In this document: positions 58,750-64,000 of the stretch, piece after piece | How positions within the stretch are numbered: position 1 is the first letter of the stretch | How the letters are laid out: each line of letters begins with the position of its first letter | DNA from: Eledone cirrhosa | Lineage: Eukaryota | Reading direction: 5' to 3' | Length of the DNA: 64,000 bases | Assembly: GCA_964016885.1 (NCBI GenBank) | Contig: OZ024741.1 | Span: forward strand, 41,354,001 to 41,418,000 | The notes under the pieces: model-generated | Told to the model about the DNA's origin: nothing | What the model saw: only the letters and a program-made list of their open reading frames with translations | Database searches by the model: none | Program-made: the position numbers and the translations under genes

Positions 58750-59220
58750 GTGTACCTGCTGGATCTGGTACATATATGTATATAGATGTGATGTCTTTGA
58801 GAAAAAGCGAGTGGTGCATGCTGTTTTGAGGCATTCACTTCATAAGTGTGACTTCGTAAGTGCAATGCCTGCAAAAATTCAGCAGGAATTGAAGTACAAT
58901 GTATGTGGTTGATTTCTTCTAGCACGAGCTGGTTTTGTTAACTATCTGAAATTACACGAGCCAGGGAGAAATTGAGCCACAGCATATTTGCAGTGAGTGT
59001 GGCTAATTTGCAAGTCAGCGGGTGGTCTGACAAGACATGGTAAAAAGCATGAAAACACACCCCAGCTGGTTTTACTGGGAGACAGACAATTCAAGTGTCA
59101 CATCTGTGAACGTATCTATGAAACAATAGTGGGTCTGAAAAGTCACCTGCGTGCACATGACAATTCAATGTTCAATGAAGGGATGGAACTCTTCTGACAA
59201 GAAGTAGCAATCAACATGTA
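58750..59220 (+). mobile_element. Decayed LINE 3' end encoding three C2H2-like zinc-finger motifs
   Basis: [59 protein letters not shown]; short 3' UTR, then microsatellite. Confidence 0.6.
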
Positions 59221-59246
59221 TATATGTGTGTGTGTGTGTGTGTGTA

Positions 59247-59437
59247 TCCCAGGTTCGATCAGGGGTAACCACAGTAAGTAAGGTACTCAATACATAGCAG
59301 AGTATAAATATTTGATATAGAAATGGCTTCATCAGGACTAGAACTGTTTCATTCCATTCGAAGGAATGAAGGGCTTTCCTGATGATTTCCTTCAAATGAA
59401 ACAGTTCTAGTCCTGTAAAAGCCATTTCTATATTAAG

Positions 59438-59440
<3 letters not shown>
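59247..59440. mobile_element. Fold-back hammerhead element
   Basis: GGCTTTc-CTGATGA...GAAA-CAG ttctagtc CTG-TA-AAAGCC at 59372-59423; inverted copy 59315-59366 keeps helix II TTCC/GGAA. Confidence 0.75.
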
Positions 59441-59465
<25 letters not shown>

Positions 59466-59475
<10 letters not shown>

Positions 59476-59994
59476 CAGGAGAGGAGGTTGCATTGGTATG
59501 GACATGTGATGCGTATGAAGGATGACAGCTGCATAAAAAGGTGCAGAGCACTAGAAGTCGATGGAAACTGTGGAGTGGGGAGACCTGAGAAGACCTGGGA
59601 TCAGGTGATAAAAGCCGACCTTACCCAATTGCAGGGTGATGACACATGACCGTGACTTCTGGCGTCACGCAGTAATACAGAAGGCCTGACTTCCCACGGG
59701 TACAAGCCGAAGCTGAAGCATATAGACAATATGCTCCCACACCCTCCCACTACAAAGTACCCAGCCCACACTGTAAAGTGGATGTGTAGGCACCACGGAA
59801 AAAAGCCCCCAGCACTCACTGTAAATGAGGTTGGTGTTAAGAAGGGCATCCAGCTGTAGAAAGCAAGCCAGAATCAGTTCCTGTATGAGCAAGACATGGT
59901 CAGTTGACTGAACACTGCCCACAACAGGACAACCCGTCTAACCCATGCTAGCGTGGAAGAACGGACGTAAAACGATGATGATGATGATGATGAT
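59466..59994 (+). mobile_element. RTE 3' fragment (second subfamily)
   Basis: QERRLHWYGHVMRMKDDSCIKRC..GRPEKTW plus 3' UTR and (GAT)n; close match to 37170-37704. Confidence 0.9.
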
Positions 59995-60111
59995 ATAAAT
60001 GTACATGGCTTAGTGGGTCAGAGTGTTGGGCTTACAATTATAAAGTTGTGAGTTTGATTCCCAGACCAGATTGTGTGTTGTATTCTTGCTGTAGAAATGG
60101 ATTGTAATGTT

Positions 60112-60953
60112 ACTGGTACCAATCTGTATTGACTGGTGCCAAGCTGTATTGACTGGTGCCAAGCTGTATTGACTGGTGCCAAGCTGTATTGACTGGTGCC
60201 AATCTGTATTGACTGGTGCCAAGCTGTATTGACTGGTGCCAAGCTGTATTGACTGGTGCCAATCTGTATTGACTGGTGCCAAGCTGTATTGACTGGTGCC
60301 AAGCTGTATTGACTGGTGCCAAGCTGTATTGACTGGTACCAATCTGTATTGACTGGTGCCAAGCTGTATTGACTGATGCCAAGCTGTATTGACTGGTGCC
60401 AAGCTGTATTGACTGGTGCCAAGCTGTATTGACTGGTGCCAATCTGTATTGACTGGTGCCAAGCTGTATTGACTGGTGCCAAGCTGTATTGACTGGTGCC
60501 AAGCTGTATTGACTGGTGCCAAGCTGTATTGACTGGTACCAATCTGTATTGACTGGTGCCAAGCTGTATTAACTGGTACCAATCTGTATTGACTGGTGCC
60601 AAGCTGTATTGACTGATGCCAAGCTGTATTGACTGATGCCAAGCTGTATTGACTGGTGCCAAGCTGTATTGACTGGTGCCAAGCTGTATTGACTGATGCC
60701 AAGCTGTATTGACTGGTGCCAAGCTGTATTGACTGGTGCCAAGCTGTATTGACTGATGCCAAGCTGTATTGACTGGTGCCAAGCTGTATTGACTGGTGCC
60801 AAGCTGTATTGACTGGTACCAATCTGTATTGACTGGTGCCAAGCTGTATTGACTGGTGCCAAGCTGTATTGACTGATGCCAAGCTGTATTGACTGATGCC
60901 AAGCTGTATTGACTGGTGCCAAGCTGTATTGACTGATGCCAAGCTGTATTGAC
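60112..60953 (+). repeat. 20-bp minisatellite, ~42 copies, inside a SINE
   Basis: AAGCTGTATTGACTGGTGCC in exact 20-bp phase; SINE head at 60004-60090, unique tail to ~61085. Confidence 0.97.
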
Positions 60954-61104
60954 CTTAGCTTTTCCCTTAGACAACATCGGTGATATGGAGAGGGAAGACA
61001 GGTATGCATGGGTGACTTGCCTGGATTTGTGCCTCAGAGAGCAACTTTCTTGGTGCAAATCCCATGGTCACTTGTGACTGACAGACATATATATATATAT
61101 ATAC

Positions 61105-61162
<58 letters not shown>

Positions 61163-61474
61163 TCTTATATATATATATATATATATATATAGCACCCAGT
61201 ACTCACTGTAAATGTGGTTGGCATTAGGAAGGGCACCCAGCTGTAGAAACAAAGCCAAAATCAGTTCTGTATGAGCAAGACATGGTCACCTGACCTGGCA
61301 TTGCTCACAACAGGAGAACTTGTCTAACCTATGCTAGTGTGGAAAATGAACATAAAATGATGATGATGATATATATATATATATAGATGTGTGTGCGTAA
61401 CAATATCCGTAGGAGTGAAAAAAGAAAAAGGAAAACAGTGTTAAATCGGGAAGAGAGCAGAAACATAATATTAT

Positions 61475-61671
61475 TTATTTATGTTCATACATCTAACAAA
61501 GCTGCTACATAAGGTTTCAAGGCCTAATATTGACCACATCTCCAGAATATAAGAGGGATAAAAATGTTGACCTATCTTTTTATAAGCACCTGAAGATAGG
61601 TCACAATTTTCATCCCTCTTATATTCTGAAACCTTATGTAACACTTTTGTTCCATGTATGAACATAAATAA
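61475..61671. mobile_element. Fold-back hammerhead element
   Basis: Long imperfect inverted repeat with apex near 61585; CTGAAGA at 61590, GAAA-CCTTATG-TA at 61628-61640; left arm keeps helix II AGGTC/GGCCT. Confidence 0.72.
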
Positions 61672-61676
61672 TATAA

Positions 61677-61712
<36 letters not shown>

Positions 61713-61752
61713 TTATATTATGTCTGTGTGTCTGTGTCTCTCTCGCTCTCTC

Positions 61753-61785
<33 letters not shown>

Positions 61786-62492
61786 TAGAGATAGAGAGAG
61801 AGAAGCACAGACACATATATATAAAAAAATATATATGTATATGTACATAAATGACTTATAAATCTAGTGTTGTATCACTCAATTCTTGGTCGGGATATTG
61901 TGTGAAAACAATTGGCGGTGTCGGTAGAGTGTTGAGCAACATGCTTAGTGGCACAGAGTTATGGCCCTTTATGTTCCGAGTTCAAATCCTGCCAAGGTTA
62001 GCCCTGCTTTTCATTTTAACAGATTGATAAAACAAAGCACCAGTAATGTACTGGGGTCTATTTGATTGTCTTTGCCTTCCCCCCAAATTGTTGGCGTTGT
62101 GCCTAAATCAGAAACCATTATTATTATTATTCCTTTCCAGCATAGTTACGTCCCTTTATGGTCTGAGTTTAAATCCCGCCGAGGTTAACTTTGCCTTTCA
62201 TCCTTACGGGGTCGATAAAATAAAGTACCAGTAATGTACTGGTTAATTGCTGGCCTTGTGCCTAAAGTAGAAACAATTATTATTATTATTCCTCTTTTAA
62301 AATCTGTCCCACAGTCGGAGATATTTTATGTGACAGCTTTATGATTGTAGATGATAAATTAATTTCATTCTGAGAGTGAACAATTCAAAGGAAGGTGAGT
62401 CTTTGTTTCTTATGGGTGTCAAGGAGCAAATAATTATTTGCTTTTTAACTGGTCTTTTAGATCATTTTCCTATTCCTCATCCTTACTACATT

Positions 62493-62594
62493 TTATATAA
62501 GTATATATATATATATATATGTGTGTGTGTATATATATATATATATTATATATATGCACGCACGTGTGTGTATATATATATACATTATATATAC

Positions 62595-62636
<42 letters not shown>

Positions 62637-62954
62637 CTATGTATATATATATATATATACATTATACGTACATATACATATATACGTACATATACATATT
62701 TATATACATATACATATATATATACATATACATTATACGTACATATACATATATACGTACATATACATATATACGTACATATACATATATACGTACATAT
62801 ACATATATACGTACATATACATATATACATATACATATATACGTACATATACATATATACATACATATACATACACACATACATACACACATATATATAT
62901 ATATATATACATACATATACATATATATTTATATATAGAGAGAAATATACATAC

Positions 62955-62985
<31 letters not shown>

Positions 62986-63028
62986 TATACATACATATAT
63001 ATATACATACATACATATATATATGTAT

Positions 63029-63081
<53 letters not shown>

Positions 63082-63083
63082 TA
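62493..63083. repeat. TA/TG/TACG compound microsatellite
   Basis: Includes an 18-bp ATATACGTACATATACAT subarray. Confidence 0.93.
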
Positions 63084-63535
63084 TTCACTTTTGTCCACTC
63101 ATCTTTTATTTAGACTCAGTTGTTACTGGTATTATTGTTTGGCCTTTTTATTGTTTTGTTCTAGTTTGCTTTGCTCTGTTTTGTTGTTTTTCTACCAATC
63201 AAGTAAGCAAACTTTGAACTCAACATACATTCGTAGACTGGGAGAAAAAATGGTACAAGTGATTCAAATGAAGAATTTTATAACAAACAATATTGAAAAA
63301 CTGTCACTAGAATACAATAGATGGTTGTTTAATTGTATTTCTTGTAGATTCGAGAATAAAAGAAAAGAAAAACAATTAGGAATGAATATAATTGTAATAT
63401 TTGCTAAAGAACACAAATTACTATTGTATGACAGTGTGTGTGTGTCTGTGTATGTGTATATGGGGGTATGTGCATGTGTGTGTATGTATATATATGTGTG
63501 CATGTGTCTATACATATATATATACACACACACAC

Positions 63536-63584
<49 letters not shown>

Positions 63585-63596
63585 GAATTGTGTGTT

Positions 63597-64000
63597 TTAG
63601 CTAGAGTCAGAATGGGATGGAAAAAGTTCAGAGAGCTTATACCACTATTGGCCGCTAAAGGTTTCTCTCTAAAAATGAAAGGCAGACTGTATGATGCCTG
63701 CATACGAACAGCAATGTTACATGGCAGTGAGACCTGGGCATTGTGTGCAGAGGATCTACGCAGACTGGAGAGGAATGAAGCTTTCATGCTCCGCTGGATA
63801 TGTAATAGTAATATACGTGAACGGCAAAGCATAAATGAACTAAGTGAGAAATTAGGAATAAGAGGGATCAGATGCTGTTTACTTTAGAGATGACTACGTT
63901 GGTATGGTCACGTGATGCGCATAAAAGACGACAGCTGTATAAAAAAAGTCAGAGCGATCAAAATAGATGGTAGCTACGGAGTAGGCAGACCCAGAAAAAC
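63597..64000 (+). mobile_element. RTE fragment (first subfamily), runs off the window end
   Basis: ARVRMGWKKFRELIPLLAAKGFSLKMKGRLYDAC; close match to 35687-36080. Confidence 0.9.

Noticed and set aside
60010-61058. 310-346-aa repetitive ORFs, or a CRISPR-like array
   Set aside because: Stop-free 20-bp tandem repeat with no unique spacers and no cas genes; eukaryotic context

Overview
Repeat-dense, AT-rich animal genomic DNA, most likely an octopod cephalopod (inferred from the SINE/RTE repertoire and giant TA/TACA microsatellites). No intact host gene is visible, and almost all long ORFs in the track are microsatellite artefacts. Supported content: a near-complete, C-rich Penelope-like element (RT plus Cys-linker plus GIY-YIG, Neptune-like) between two kb-scale TA microsatellites; decayed RTE-clade LINEs, some with C2H2-like tails; many tRNA-derived SINEs, one family sharing its 3' tail with the RTE; TTAA piggyBac-type MITEs; and minisatellites. 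The main signal is a dispersed set of 14 short non-coding elements from several unrelated sequence families, 13 of them separate from the Penelope element. Each carries a type I hammerhead ribozyme motif (intact or decayed, several with palindromic helix III), most sit against (TA)n tracts, and many are fold-back or direct repeats broken at or near the ribozyme. They are interpreted as Penelope pLTR or retrozyme-like units. Several minus-strand decayed exon-like segments may be a pseudogene.
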